Below, one piece after another: positions 47,706 to 56,572 of a stretch of DNA of 64,000 bases (position 1 is the stretch's first letter; each line of letters opens with the position of its first letter). The translations under genes and the position numbers were made by a program. Where the stretch lies: positions 17,856 through 81,855 of the forward strand of contig CAMYNN010000009.1 in the NCBI GenBank assembly GCA_947259735.1. The letters are read 5' to 3'. This DNA comes from Thermodesulfovibrionia bacterium. GTDB taxonomy: Bacteria; Nitrospirota; Thermodesulfovibrionia; UBA6902. The notes beneath the pieces are model-generated. The model made no database searches. It had not been told where the DNA came from and worked only from the letters and a program-made list of their open reading frames with translations.

Positions 47706-48356
47706 TCATTCGTCAATATCAGGCAGACCCGGAGTTCGTTGCTGCTCCTGGTCTGAGGAGCGCCTGACCCTGGTCGGTCTTCTGCGGGGAGGGGTTGCTC
47801 TCCTTCGTCGAGGCTTGGGTCTCTCCCTCGCTACAGCCTTGCGTTGTGTTGCTGCGCGCGCCTTCGCTCTGGTCGGCGGTTTAATCCCTTTATCGTCCCT
47901 CAACTTTACTTCTATATCATCGCCATCTCTGGAAAGCACAACCTTGTTTTCAAGTATTTCTGAAATCTTGTATCCGGAAAGGGAATCATTCAGTTTATAC
48001 ACTTTTGTCGTCTTCGTTTCAGGGTCCTCAAGAATAGCCGTTTTCATGTCATTAAGAATGATTGTTCCGAACAGCTTCGGCGGATTTTTCAGCGGAGCTT
48101 TTTCAGTTTTTTTCTTTTCCTTTACCGATGCTGATCTTGATGGCCTGAAAAGGTCCAGTTTCGATATATTATCAAAAGTGCCGGCACTGACAACTTTATC
48201 TTTCCTGCTTACAACATTCTCAGAATTTTGTACTTCATTAACATTTGCTTCCTTCGGGAGATCCGCGGAAGAGGACAGGACACTGTACAGTTTGATACCC
48301 AATACGCAAATTATTGTTATAAGAATAAGATTTACTAAGAAATAATTACGTATCAC
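47706..48356 (-). CDS. GspC/PilP-like type II secretion protein (TM anchor + HR-like domain, no PDZ; Arg/Pro-rich C-terminal tail), possibly GspN-equivalent
   Basis: 216 aa. Last gene of the gsp operon. N-terminal TM (LVNLILITIICVLGI). PilP/HR-like segment LFGTIILNDMKTAILEDPETKTTKVYKLNDSLSGYKISEILENKVVLSRDGDDIEVKL. Tail RAKARAATQRKAVARERPKPRRRRATPPRRRPTRVRR. Confidence 0.55.
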   Translation of the reverse strand: MIRNYFLVNLILITIICVLGIKLYSVLSSSADLPKEANVNEVQNSENVVSRKDKVVSAGTFDNISKLDLFRPSRSASVKEKKKTEKAPLKNPPKLFGTIILNDMKTAILEDPETKTTKVYKLNDSLSGYKISEILENKVVLSRDGDDIEVKLRDDKGIKPPTRAKARAATQRKAVARERPKPRRRRATPPRRRPTRVRRSSDQEQQRTPGLPDIDE

Positions 48357-48948
48357 TTTTCGCCTCTTTCTTATCCGTCTTTTTTTCCCCGGGTTTCTTT
48401 ATAAAGCCGGTAACGACCAGGGTCGTATAAATGTCCTCTGGCTTGCTTATATTTGTCACTCTCACCTTTATTTCGGACACTGTAAGCAGAAAAGGCGATT
48501 TGCGAAGCTTTACGAGCAGATCTTTTAATTCTCTCGTGGTGGCTGTAAACCCAATTTCAACAGGAATTCCAAGGTATGATTCGGCATCTACAAGGTTCAG
48601 AGCCCGCTCCAGTTTCACAACCACGTTCAAAGACGATGCAGTGTCCTTGAGAAATTTCTGCAGCGCCGCAGCGGCTACGGGCGGGGTGTTGCCCCGGAGA
48701 AGGGTCCTTTCCTGTATTTCCAGCTCCTGACTGACGACCCTGTACTTTTCTTCTATGTATTTCTGTTCCGATATCTTGTTTATCTGCCGCTGCAACATGA
48801 AAGCTTTTGCATCTGAATATTCCTTAATACTCTTTTTTGTATCACTGTACCAGGAAAAAAGGTAAAATACCATGATCAGTACTACTGCAATCCCACCGAT
48901 GATGAGGAATTTTTTTTCCCTTTCGTTAATCTTGATCGGAAGATTCAT
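48346..48948 (-). CDS. gspM: Type II secretion protein GspM (PilO-like)
   Basis: 200 aa. Single N-terminal TM, coiled coil, PilO-like C-terminus. Position after gspL. Confidence 0.7.
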   Translation of the reverse strand: MNLPIKINEREKKFLIIGGIAVVLIMVFYLFSWYSDTKKSIKEYSDAKAFMLQRQINKISEQKYIEEKYRVVSQELEIQERTLLRGNTPPVAAAALQKFLKDTASSLNVVVKLERALNLVDAESYLGIPVEIGFTATTRELKDLLVKLRKSPFLLTVSEIKVRVTNISKPEDIYTTLVVTGFIKKPGEKKTDKKEAKSDT

Positions 48949-50456
48949 TGAACCCCGCTTTCCCCGCCCGATGGGATGACGATTCTCGCACTCAGTTTAA
49001 ACTGCTCCTTATCTCTCGTTTTCTTTATAGGGCCCACAAATTCTACCTCTTCAAACAGAGGTGAATCCTCCAGGAGCGGGATAAGTGACGATGAGGAATC
49101 TGCATACCCGTTAATAATCAGATCACCCCCTGATTTTTCTTTGTCACTCAGATCACCCCCCTCATAGTTAAGGTTGGTTACCCATGAATCTTTGGGCATT
49201 ATCCCGGCAAGCTCAGCAAGGATTTCAAGGGTCATTTCATTGTCCCTCACATCATGAAGAAACTTACTTTCCTCCTTGAGTGAATTGATATCAGAAAGAA
49301 GCTTTTCAAGGGTTTTCACTTTCGGTTCATTCGCCGCAAGCGTCTCTTCCATTTTCTCTAAATATTTCTTCTGTTTTATTGTCTCTGTAGCAAAGATTCC
49401 CACGATCATTAACAGTATCAGTACAACAAAAACTTTCGCTGCCCAGGGAGCAAATTTTCTTATTTCATAATCCGTCTGATGGGGCAGCAAATTAATTCTG
49501 TACGTCCCTATTCCCAGTCCGCCGAAACAAGCTCCGATTGACGAAGACAGGCCGTTCATTTCCACGTCCTTCAGTTTACCCGAAAATCTTTCGATACGAT
49601 CCACGTGAATAACACCTTCCGAAATCTTTCCATTCAACTCATCGGTTATATTTGATGTAAAAGAAGTGTCTCCGGCAAGTATTAATTTATTAAACCGTTC
49701 CAGTGAAAGTGCTGACTGTACTTCGGCTATATGCCGAGAGATGTCATCGATCGGAATTTCAGGCTCCCCGTTCATATCATAAAGAAAAGATCGCAAACTG
49801 ATACAGATACCGTCTCTCGTAACAGCCACACTGGCGTAGGTCTTATCAATATACAGAGAAATATTCGCCTCACCCGGTTTCCCCAGCACGTCTGATCTTC
49901 TGACAATTCCGATTATGTCCTGCCATCCACCCGATGACAATCCGCCCAGTTCCAGGGAGTTTAAAACAGCAAAAGAGGATATGGTAATCGCATCGGGCTC
50001 GATGGAAAGTTTCTCAAGATATTCTTTTACAAAATTGAGTTTCTCGTTTTGCACTGCCACAAACACAACATAGTTCTTCCCATCCCTTTCATCTATCACG
50101 AGGAAATCAAAGGCAACATCATCTATCTCAAGGGGAATATGGCGCTCTATCTCAAACTTCATCAGGTTTGCGAGGGCACCCTTCCCCTTGCCTTTCATGG
50201 AGGGTATGTCGATAAATTTTGTAATCGCCCACCGATCAGGAACGCTCACAAATACTTTCTCTATGTTCAGATTTTGCTGGCCGATATAATCCCGGACTTC
50301 ATCAGACGCAGTTTCATCGTACGTCAGAGGAAATGTCGATGAAGACAGGAGAGCAATTCCTGAAAAGCTGTTTTCAAGGTACGTAATAACAACGGAGTCT
50401 TCCTTAAACTCCATCCCGAGGTACGTTCCAAATATCTTATCCAATAAAGTTGTCAT
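48945..50456 (-). CDS. gspL: Type II secretion protein GspL (cytoplasmic actin-like domain + TM + periplasmic domain; PilM/PilN-like)
   Basis: 503 aa. TM helix VFVVLILLMIVGIFA about two-thirds of the way in. Operon position between gspK and gspM. Confidence 0.7.
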   Translation of the reverse strand: MTTLLDKIFGTYLGMEFKEDSVVITYLENSFSGIALLSSSTFPLTYDETASDEVRDYIGQQNLNIEKVFVSVPDRWAITKFIDIPSMKGKGKGALANLMKFEIERHIPLEIDDVAFDFLVIDERDGKNYVVFVAVQNEKLNFVKEYLEKLSIEPDAITISSFAVLNSLELGGLSSGGWQDIIGIVRRSDVLGKPGEANISLYIDKTYASVAVTRDGICISLRSFLYDMNGEPEIPIDDISRHIAEVQSALSLERFNKLILAGDTSFTSNITDELNGKISEGVIHVDRIERFSGKLKDVEMNGLSSSIGACFGGLGIGTYRINLLPHQTDYEIRKFAPWAAKVFVVLILLMIVGIFATETIKQKKYLEKMEETLAANEPKVKTLEKLLSDINSLKEESKFLHDVRDNEMTLEILAELAGIMPKDSWVTNLNYEGGDLSDKEKSGGDLIINGYADSSSSLIPLLEDSPLFEEVEFVGPIKKTRDKEQFKLSARIVIPSGGESGVQ

Positions 50457-51396
50457 TCCAGTAAAGAATCTCCAATTCGTCGCTCATCCGGTGCACTACA
50501 GTTTTGACGGACCTTTTTATTGTACCATCTGAATTAGTGCCAGTGGATATAATGGTAAAAATTTCGGATGTTACCTTTCCGTGCTGTGTTGCAGACTTTA
50601 GCGGACCGTCCGCTCTCCGGCTTATTATCTGATCGGCATCGGCAGGGGTAAAAACCGCCGACAGTACAAAGTCAGAAGCTGTATTAATATTCAGCCTTTC
50701 AGTACCATAAACAGTCAAATACTTTTCAACTCCTTCATAGGTTTCCTCATCATCACTATCTGTACCTTCATCATCGCTGTCTTTTTTTGAACCGTATAGT
50801 ATATCCCTGCTTATCCCCTTCACGAGGAGAAGCTCATCTATTGAATCAAAATCTCCGTCTTTGCAGCTATAGGGCCTGTCCAGCGACTGGTAATACTCCT
50901 CTTCCGCGCCATTCAGCATATGCAGATCATTCGCGTCCCTCCAATCAAGAATCGAATCAACGATCTCGTCCACATCGGTCATATCAACACCGGAATCGTG
51001 AAACAGTAATACCAGTTGATCCCGCTCTGCCGTATTGATATCAAGTTTCCTGTCCTCGTCAATGAGATCATAGGTAAACTCACCTTTGCCAAGAGTTACC
51101 TTTCTTTGAAACAGGAGCTCGCCTTCATCTTCCTCGTCACCGAACTTCAGCACATTTTCATCTTCCAAGTAAACAACTTCTTCCTCTTTTACCGAGAGAA
51201 GTTCCAATTTTGCCTGTTCAACACCGGAAAGGGCTAACTGATAGGCCTCCTGCTCTTCCTTGAAATTCCTGGTAATATTGATTTCTGTCCTCATGGAATA
51301 TGAAAACTCTCCCACTATTGCAACGAGAACAACCAGCACCCAGATAACGAGAACAAGGGCAACTCCCCCGGCCTCGTTGGCAAAGACATTTTTCAT
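50437..51396 (-). CDS. gspK: Type II secretion minor pseudopilin GspK
   Basis: Probable start MKNVFANEAGGVALVLVIWVLVVL at 51396 (the longer ORF extends to 51582). Large pseudopilin following gspJ. Confidence 0.75.
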   Translation of the reverse strand: MKNVFANEAGGVALVLVIWVLVVLVAIVGEFSYSMRTEINITRNFKEEQEAYQLALSGVEQAKLELLSVKEEEVVYLEDENVLKFGDEEDEGELLFQRKVTLGKGEFTYDLIDEDRKLDINTAERDQLVLLFHDSGVDMTDVDEIVDSILDWRDANDLHMLNGAEEEYYQSLDRPYSCKDGDFDSIDELLLVKGISRDILYGSKKDSDDEGTDSDDEETYEGVEKYLTVYGTERLNINTASDFVLSAVFTPADADQIISRRADGPLKSATQHGKVTSEIFTIISTGTNSDGTIKRSVKTVVHRMSDELEILYWNDNFIG

Positions 51397-51418
51397 ACTA
51401 CCCTGTGAATTGCACCGC

Positions 51419-52060
51419 CTAGCCGATCTCATCTTCATCCTCTTCTTCTGCGTCAGATGCCATAGGTATATAAATAACAAACGGATCAAAATAGGAAATC
51501 TTAACCCTGACCGCTCGCGGCAGTTCCTCTCCCAGCTCCCAGGAATCCTTCCATTCATCGTCATCCTGCGAGAAATATTCAAATTGCATCTCTTCTATAG
51601 AGGAGTCAACCACTTCTTCGTCTCCGGTGATATGATCCAGCACTTCCTTATCAGGAAGCAGTCCTTCTTTCAGTAGCAATGCGCCCTCTTGATGGGAATA
51701 TCGCAGCCATTTAAATCCTCCGGAAAAAGACTCCGTCAGGGTCGTAACAAAGAATATAGAATCAGCTTCGCCCTGAAATAATACAACTTCTTCATCTTCA
51801 TCAATCTCCAGTGAATAGGGGAAAACGGATTTTATCTGCTGTGAAAAAAGTCCCGATAAAACCCGAAACTTCTGCGTCCACTCCGTTTCACTCTCACCCC
51901 TGTCCCATGCTTTCATACCAAGTCGAAAACCATTCCCGATAATGAGTACAACCAGCGTCAGAATTGTAATGGAAATCACGAGCTCAAGAAGGGTAAACCC
52001 TCCATGACAACGATAAGGAAGGAACGGGGGAGTCTTTTTTCTGCATTTACCCTTATTCAT
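51419..52060 (-). CDS. gspJ: Type II secretion minor pseudopilin GspJ
   Basis: 213 aa. Prepilin motif GGFTLLELVISITIL. Acidic C-terminus. Confidence 0.75.
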   Translation of the reverse strand: MNKGKCRKKTPPFLPYRCHGGFTLLELVISITILTLVVLIIGNGFRLGMKAWDRGESETEWTQKFRVLSGLFSQQIKSVFPYSLEIDEDEEVVLFQGEADSIFFVTTLTESFSGGFKWLRYSHQEGALLLKEGLLPDKEVLDHITGDEEVVDSSIEEMQFEYFSQDDDEWKDSWELGEELPRAVRVKISYFDPFVIYIPMASDAEEEDEDEIG

Positions 52061-52512
52061 GGTGTCTCATCACTATCGGTCATCTTCAAACTCACTATTT
52101 CATAAGTTTTTTGCCTTTTCTGAACATCGGGCCAATATATTTTTACTATCAATTTCACAAGTTTGAATGTTGAATCTTCCAGTTCCCTGAAGTCCTCAAC
52201 CGCTGCCTCCCATCTGAAACCATCTTCAAAATCACCGCTCCCGGTCTCCATAGTTCCCGACAATTCATCCATAATGGCTTTTCCATGGACCACTGCCCGG
52301 GTATAGTCACAGGAGGCCCTCGCAGACCTGAGTCCGGCCGCAAAAAGCTGCATGACCATGACCATGCTTATGCCCAGGATAGCAACGGCAATGATTACTT
52401 CGAAGAGGGTAAAACCTGAAGATGAAGAGCAGAGATTGTCCGGCACAATACTTTTCTTCGTGTTACAGGACGCCCGGATGTTGTCTAATGCCTTCTGGGA
52501 AAATATTTTCAT
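52057..52512 (-). CDS. gspI: Type II secretion minor pseudopilin GspI
   Basis: 151 aa. Prepilin motif SGFTLFEVIIAVAILG (true start probably an internal codon). Confidence 0.75.
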   Translation of the reverse strand: MKIFSQKALDNIRASCNTKKSIVPDNLCSSSSGFTLFEVIIAVAILGISMVMVMQLFAAGLRSARASCDYTRAVVHGKAIMDELSGTMETGSGDFEDGFRWEAAVEDFRELEDSTFKLVKLIVKIYWPDVQKRQKTYEIVSLKMTDSDETP

Positions 52513-53018
52513 TGGTCCTCTTCCACGTCAACCTTGCCGGTGATCCTGTTTATTCGCAAGGAAACGACCTTGCCCTTTTCATTCATGATTTCTATTTTCC
52601 CTCCTGATGAGCTTCCCCTGGGTAGAAATTCTACATGAGGAGAGTCTTCATTATCGTCATTCAGAGACATCTGAATTTCTTCAGGTATAGGCTTGGTCAG
52701 AACGGTCTTCACGTTCCTGTAATCAGTATCTTCCGAAAAAACCCAGTATGTGTGCTCTTCCTTATTAATAACGAAGCAGTATATTTTCTTTTCCGCAACA
52801 GCCCGGTTTCTTGCGTACCTGAGAACGGAAGACACCTCTTTCGTAAATATCTTCATCTCACGATTGCCGCCGCCCCTGCTGATCATAATGCCTGCAAGTC
52901 CGGAAGCCAGACCTATTATCAGCATGACCACAATAATCTCCAGGAGGGTAAATCCCGGGCTGATCAAAGGCTTACCGACAGTGTTCAGACGATGCTTTCT
53001 AATGCATACCGGCCCCAT
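52509..53018 (-). CDS. gspH: Type II secretion pseudopilin GspH
   Basis: 169 aa ORF. Prepilin motif PGFTLLEIIVVMLIIG. A TTG at 52967 (giving leader MISPG|FTLLE) is a more likely start than 53018. Confidence 0.75.
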   Translation of the reverse strand: MGPVCIRKHRLNTVGKPLISPGFTLLEIIVVMLIIGLASGLAGIMISRGGGNREMKIFTKEVSSVLRYARNRAVAEKKIYCFVINKEEHTYWVFSEDTDYRNVKTVLTKPIPEEIQMSLNDDNEDSPHVEFLPRGSSSGGKIEIMNEKGKVVSLRINRITGKVDVEEDQ

Positions 53019-53023
53019 TTCCC

Positions 53024-53476
53024 TTATTTCAGTCCTTCCCAGCTTTTCACGTCTCTGTCTTCTTTTTCGCCACCCTGCGCATTATCAGCGCCAAGTGAAT
53101 AGAGGTCATAATCACCATGTTCTCCCGGAGACGAATAATGATATGCATGTTTCCAGGGATCAAGAGGTATTTCATTTTTTTTCAGATAGGGGCCGCTCCA
53201 GTCATCCGATCCCGACACTGGGGATATAAGAGCTTCCAGTCCCTCCCCAGATGTGGGATATCTGCCCACATCAAGGCGGAATGAATCAAGTGCCGTTCCC
53301 AGAAGTTCTATTTGTGCATATGCTGCATTTGTTTTCGCTGTTCCCAGCTTTCCAAACATCCTCGGCACGACAAGCGCCGCCAGCAGTCCGAGTATTATCA
53401 TGACCACCATAAGTTCAATAAGAGTAAATCCGTCCCGTCTGTTTAACAAAATCTTTTTCTTATGACTTTTACCCAT
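53024..53476 (-). CDS. gspG: Type II secretion major pseudopilin GspG
   Basis: 150 aa. Leader + GFTLIELMVVMIILGLLAALVVP. Conserved GspG C-terminal region (LDPWKHAYHY...YDLYSLGADNAQGG). Confidence 0.9.
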   Translation of the reverse strand: MGKSHKKKILLNRRDGFTLIELMVVMIILGLLAALVVPRMFGKLGTAKTNAAYAQIELLGTALDSFRLDVGRYPTSGEGLEALISPVSGSDDWSGPYLKKNEIPLDPWKHAYHYSSPGEHGDYDLYSLGADNAQGGEKEDRDVKSWEGLK

Positions 53477-53616
53477 GAAAACCTCCCTTTAACATCTCAA
53501 ATCATTTAACATCTATCTATTAATTGGCGCTTTTGAATCGGATTTCCGACACCGGATCTCTCAAGTACTGTGCGACTCCAATATGGCAGATCTTTGTGCC
53601 TGTTTCAATGTGCCAT

Positions 53617-54834
53617 TTAAAACGGCAGTTCGTTAATGCTGAATATTGCAAGAAGCATTGATATAACAATAAAGCCGACCATGGCACCGACAATTAATAT
53701 CAAAACAGGTTCGAGAAGGGCAAGCATACGTTTTACCGTAGTCCTCACTTCCATATCAAACCGGTCGGCAATCTTGATCAGCATGGCATCAAGTTTTCCC
53801 GTCTCTTCTCCGACTGTCACCATATGGACGGCAATGGGTGGGAAAATGTCGCTGTTTTTCAAAGGCTCAACAATCCCCTTCCCTTTTCTCGCTGATTCCC
53901 GGACAGAAGATATGATATCAGCTATTTTTTCGCTGCCCAGCGTTCCCTTTACAATCTGAAGCGCATTCAACAGGGGAACTCCGCTCCCGAGGAGGGTGCC
54001 AAAAGTTCTCGCAAATCGGGAAACGGCAACTTCTTTATAGAGTTTGCCAAACACAGGGAGCCTGAACTTCATTATGTCCCAGGCCCTTCTCCCCTTTTCG
54101 GTAGCAACATATCTTTTTACACTGATAAAAAGACCGCCAAAAAGCAGCAGCAGCAGCCACCAGTAGCTTATCAGAACGTCACTGATCGCAAGCAGCATAA
54201 CAGTGGCGAAAGGAAGGGACTCGCCCATGTCGGTAAATATTTTGGTAAACTGCGGGACCACGAAGGTCAGCAGCACGACAACGGCAGCACCTCCTACAGT
54301 ACTGAGGAGAACGGGATATATAAGGGCCGAACGCACATCTTCCTTGAGCCCCTGAGAGTTTTCAAGATAGATTGCCATCCTGGTGATTGTATCCTCTATA
54401 AAACCTCCCGCTTCACCCGCCTTGATCATGTTCACATAAAACAATGGAAAACTGGAGGGGAATCTGGTCAACGCATCAGAAAACGACTTACCGCTTCTGA
54501 CCTGACCCAGGAGCTCCTGGATAAGTTCTTTCAGTTTTTTTTTCTCCGCAAGTTCGGACAGGATGGACAGTGAACGGTCAAGTGGGAATCCCGAATCAAG
54601 GAGAACACCGAGCTGATAGGTAAAAGTCATAATGTCTTTTTCCCGTACCCTGTTCTGTATGGTAGAGACAATTTTAGTAAAAAACCTCTCACGCTCAACT
54701 GCCCGCCCTATCTTAAGGGGGAAATATCCCATTTCCTGGAGACGTTCAACAGCAGACCGTTCGTTTACACCTTCAATATTACCCGATACAATGTTCCCTT
54801 CCCGCGTCGTCGCCTCATATTGGAAATTCTCCAT
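53617..54834 (-). CDS. gspF: Type II secretion platform protein GspF
   Basis: 405 aa. Duplicated GspF domain, 3 TM segments. Confidence 0.9.
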   Translation of the reverse strand: MENFQYEATTREGNIVSGNIEGVNERSAVERLQEMGYFPLKIGRAVERERFFTKIVSTIQNRVREKDIMTFTYQLGVLLDSGFPLDRSLSILSELAEKKKLKELIQELLGQVRSGKSFSDALTRFPSSFPLFYVNMIKAGEAGGFIEDTITRMAIYLENSQGLKEDVRSALIYPVLLSTVGGAAVVVLLTFVVPQFTKIFTDMGESLPFATVMLLAISDVLISYWWLLLLLFGGLFISVKRYVATEKGRRAWDIMKFRLPVFGKLYKEVAVSRFARTFGTLLGSGVPLLNALQIVKGTLGSEKIADIISSVRESARKGKGIVEPLKNSDIFPPIAVHMVTVGEETGKLDAMLIKIADRFDMEVRTTVKRMLALLEPVLILIVGAMVGFIVISMLLAIFSINELPF

Positions 54835-56558
54835 CAGATACCCTCTTGAGAAACCCTCAGAACTTCTTCAATAGTGGTTACGCCCTCCTGGACTTTTCTC
54901 CATCCGCCGTCTCTTAACACATTCATCCCCATTGATACCGCCTTCTGCCTGATTATATCTGAGCTCGCTTTGTCAAGAATCATTCTTCTCATTTCCCCGT
55001 CCACGACCATCAATTCAAAAATTCCCGTTCTTCCCTTATATCCTGTCCCCCGGCACTCATCGCACCCTGTCCCGCGATAGGCCGTGAAATTATCAGGAAG
55101 GAATTCAACCTTGTCAATAATGTCCTGTTGAGGAGTATGGGGCTCCTTGCAGACGGAACATATAACTCTCACCAGTCTCTGTGCAAGTACTCCAATGAGT
55201 GATGATGATACGAGGAAACCTTCAATCCCCATATCGAGGAGTCTCGTGACGGCACCGGGTGCGTCATTCGTGTGCAGCGTACTGAAGACAAGATGTCCTG
55301 TCAGCGCGGAATTTATCGAGATTTCGGCAGTTTCAACATCCCTGATTTCACCAACCATGATAATGTCGGGGTCCTGCCGTACAATATGCCTCAGGCCAGT
55401 CGCAAATGTCAGGCCTATCTGGGGCTTGATCTGTATCTGGTTTATCCCGTCAATCTGATACTCAATGGGGTCTTCAACGGTAATAATTTTTTTATCATCG
55501 GAGTTAATTTTATTTAGAGACGCGTATAACGTTGTCGTCTTACCACTGCCGGTAGGTCCCGTAACAAGAAGCATGCCGTAGGGAGTAGTAATAAGTTTCT
55601 CATAGCTATCAATGATATCATGGGGAAAGCCCAGATGTTCCAGAACAACAAGTGCGGTACCCCTGTCCAGGATCCTCATAACGATGCTTTCCCCGTAGAT
55701 TGTCGGAATGGTGGAAACCCTGAGATCTATGTCTCTGCCCGATACCCGCAGCTTGATCCTCCCGTCCTGCGGCAGTCTTCTTTCCGCTATATTCATCCTC
55801 GACATTATCTTTATCCTCGAGATGACAGCAGGCTGTATCCTTTTTGGCAAAGATTCTACATGAGTCAACGCTCCGTCAATCCTGTACCTGACCTTGATCC
55901 CGCTCTCAAAGGGCTCAATATGAATATCACTGGTCCTTCCTTCGACGGCCCTTGTAATGAGCATATTGACGAGTTTTACGATCGGTGCCTCAAAGGCCAT
56001 GTCCCTGAGGTGATGGACATCCTCCTGCAGGTCGATCTCTTCCGACTCACTCTCCTCCTCCCTCATTCCCTCCATAATGCTCGTCATGTGAACATTACCA
56101 CCGAAATACTGTTCAATAGCCTCCATGATGTCCTTCTCACTGCTCAGGAACAGCTCCACTGACTGGTCTGAGAAGAACTGAAGCGCGTCTGTAACATATT
56201 CATCGAGTGGATTGTAGGTGGCTATCTTCAGGACGCCATCTTCCATTCCAATCGGTACAAACCTGTACTGCTTCATGAACTTTACGGTAGGATAGGACCC
56301 GCCCGGGATCGTTTTGGGGAATTCTGAAAACTTGAGATAGTTCAGGCCAAGCTGTGAACTGAGGGCATTGAGCATATCATCTTCTGATATGAAGCCAAGG
56401 TTCACCAGTATTTCACCGATGTGTCGACCGGATTTTCCTGAAGAAGATTTTTCCTTGAGTGCTATTTCGAGTTTCTCAGGTGTGACTAACTGCCGCTCCA
56501 GCAGGATACTTCCCAGGAGACCTGTTTTATGTATTTTTTTTACAGCGTCACGGCTCAT
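54834..56558 (-). CDS. gspE: Type II secretion ATPase GspE (with N-terminal GspII_E_N/MshEN-like domain)
   Basis: 574 aa. [27 protein letters not shown]...CDEC tetracysteine. Confidence 0.92.
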   Translation of the reverse strand: MSRDAVKKIHKTGLLGSILLERQLVTPEKLEIALKEKSSSGKSGRHIGEILVNLGFISEDDMLNALSSQLGLNYLKFSEFPKTIPGGSYPTVKFMKQYRFVPIGMEDGVLKIATYNPLDEYVTDALQFFSDQSVELFLSSEKDIMEAIEQYFGGNVHMTSIMEGMREEESESEEIDLQEDVHHLRDMAFEAPIVKLVNMLITRAVEGRTSDIHIEPFESGIKVRYRIDGALTHVESLPKRIQPAVISRIKIMSRMNIAERRLPQDGRIKLRVSGRDIDLRVSTIPTIYGESIVMRILDRGTALVVLEHLGFPHDIIDSYEKLITTPYGMLLVTGPTGSGKTTTLYASLNKINSDDKKIITVEDPIEYQIDGINQIQIKPQIGLTFATGLRHIVRQDPDIIMVGEIRDVETAEISINSALTGHLVFSTLHTNDAPGAVTRLLDMGIEGFLVSSSLIGVLAQRLVRVICSVCKEPHTPQQDIIDKVEFLPDNFTAYRGTGCDECRGTGYKGRTGIFELMVVDGEMRRMILDKASSDIIRQKAVSMGMNVLRDGGWRKVQEGVTTIEEVLRVSQEGI

Positions 56559-56572
56559 GGCTCAGGGTGAGT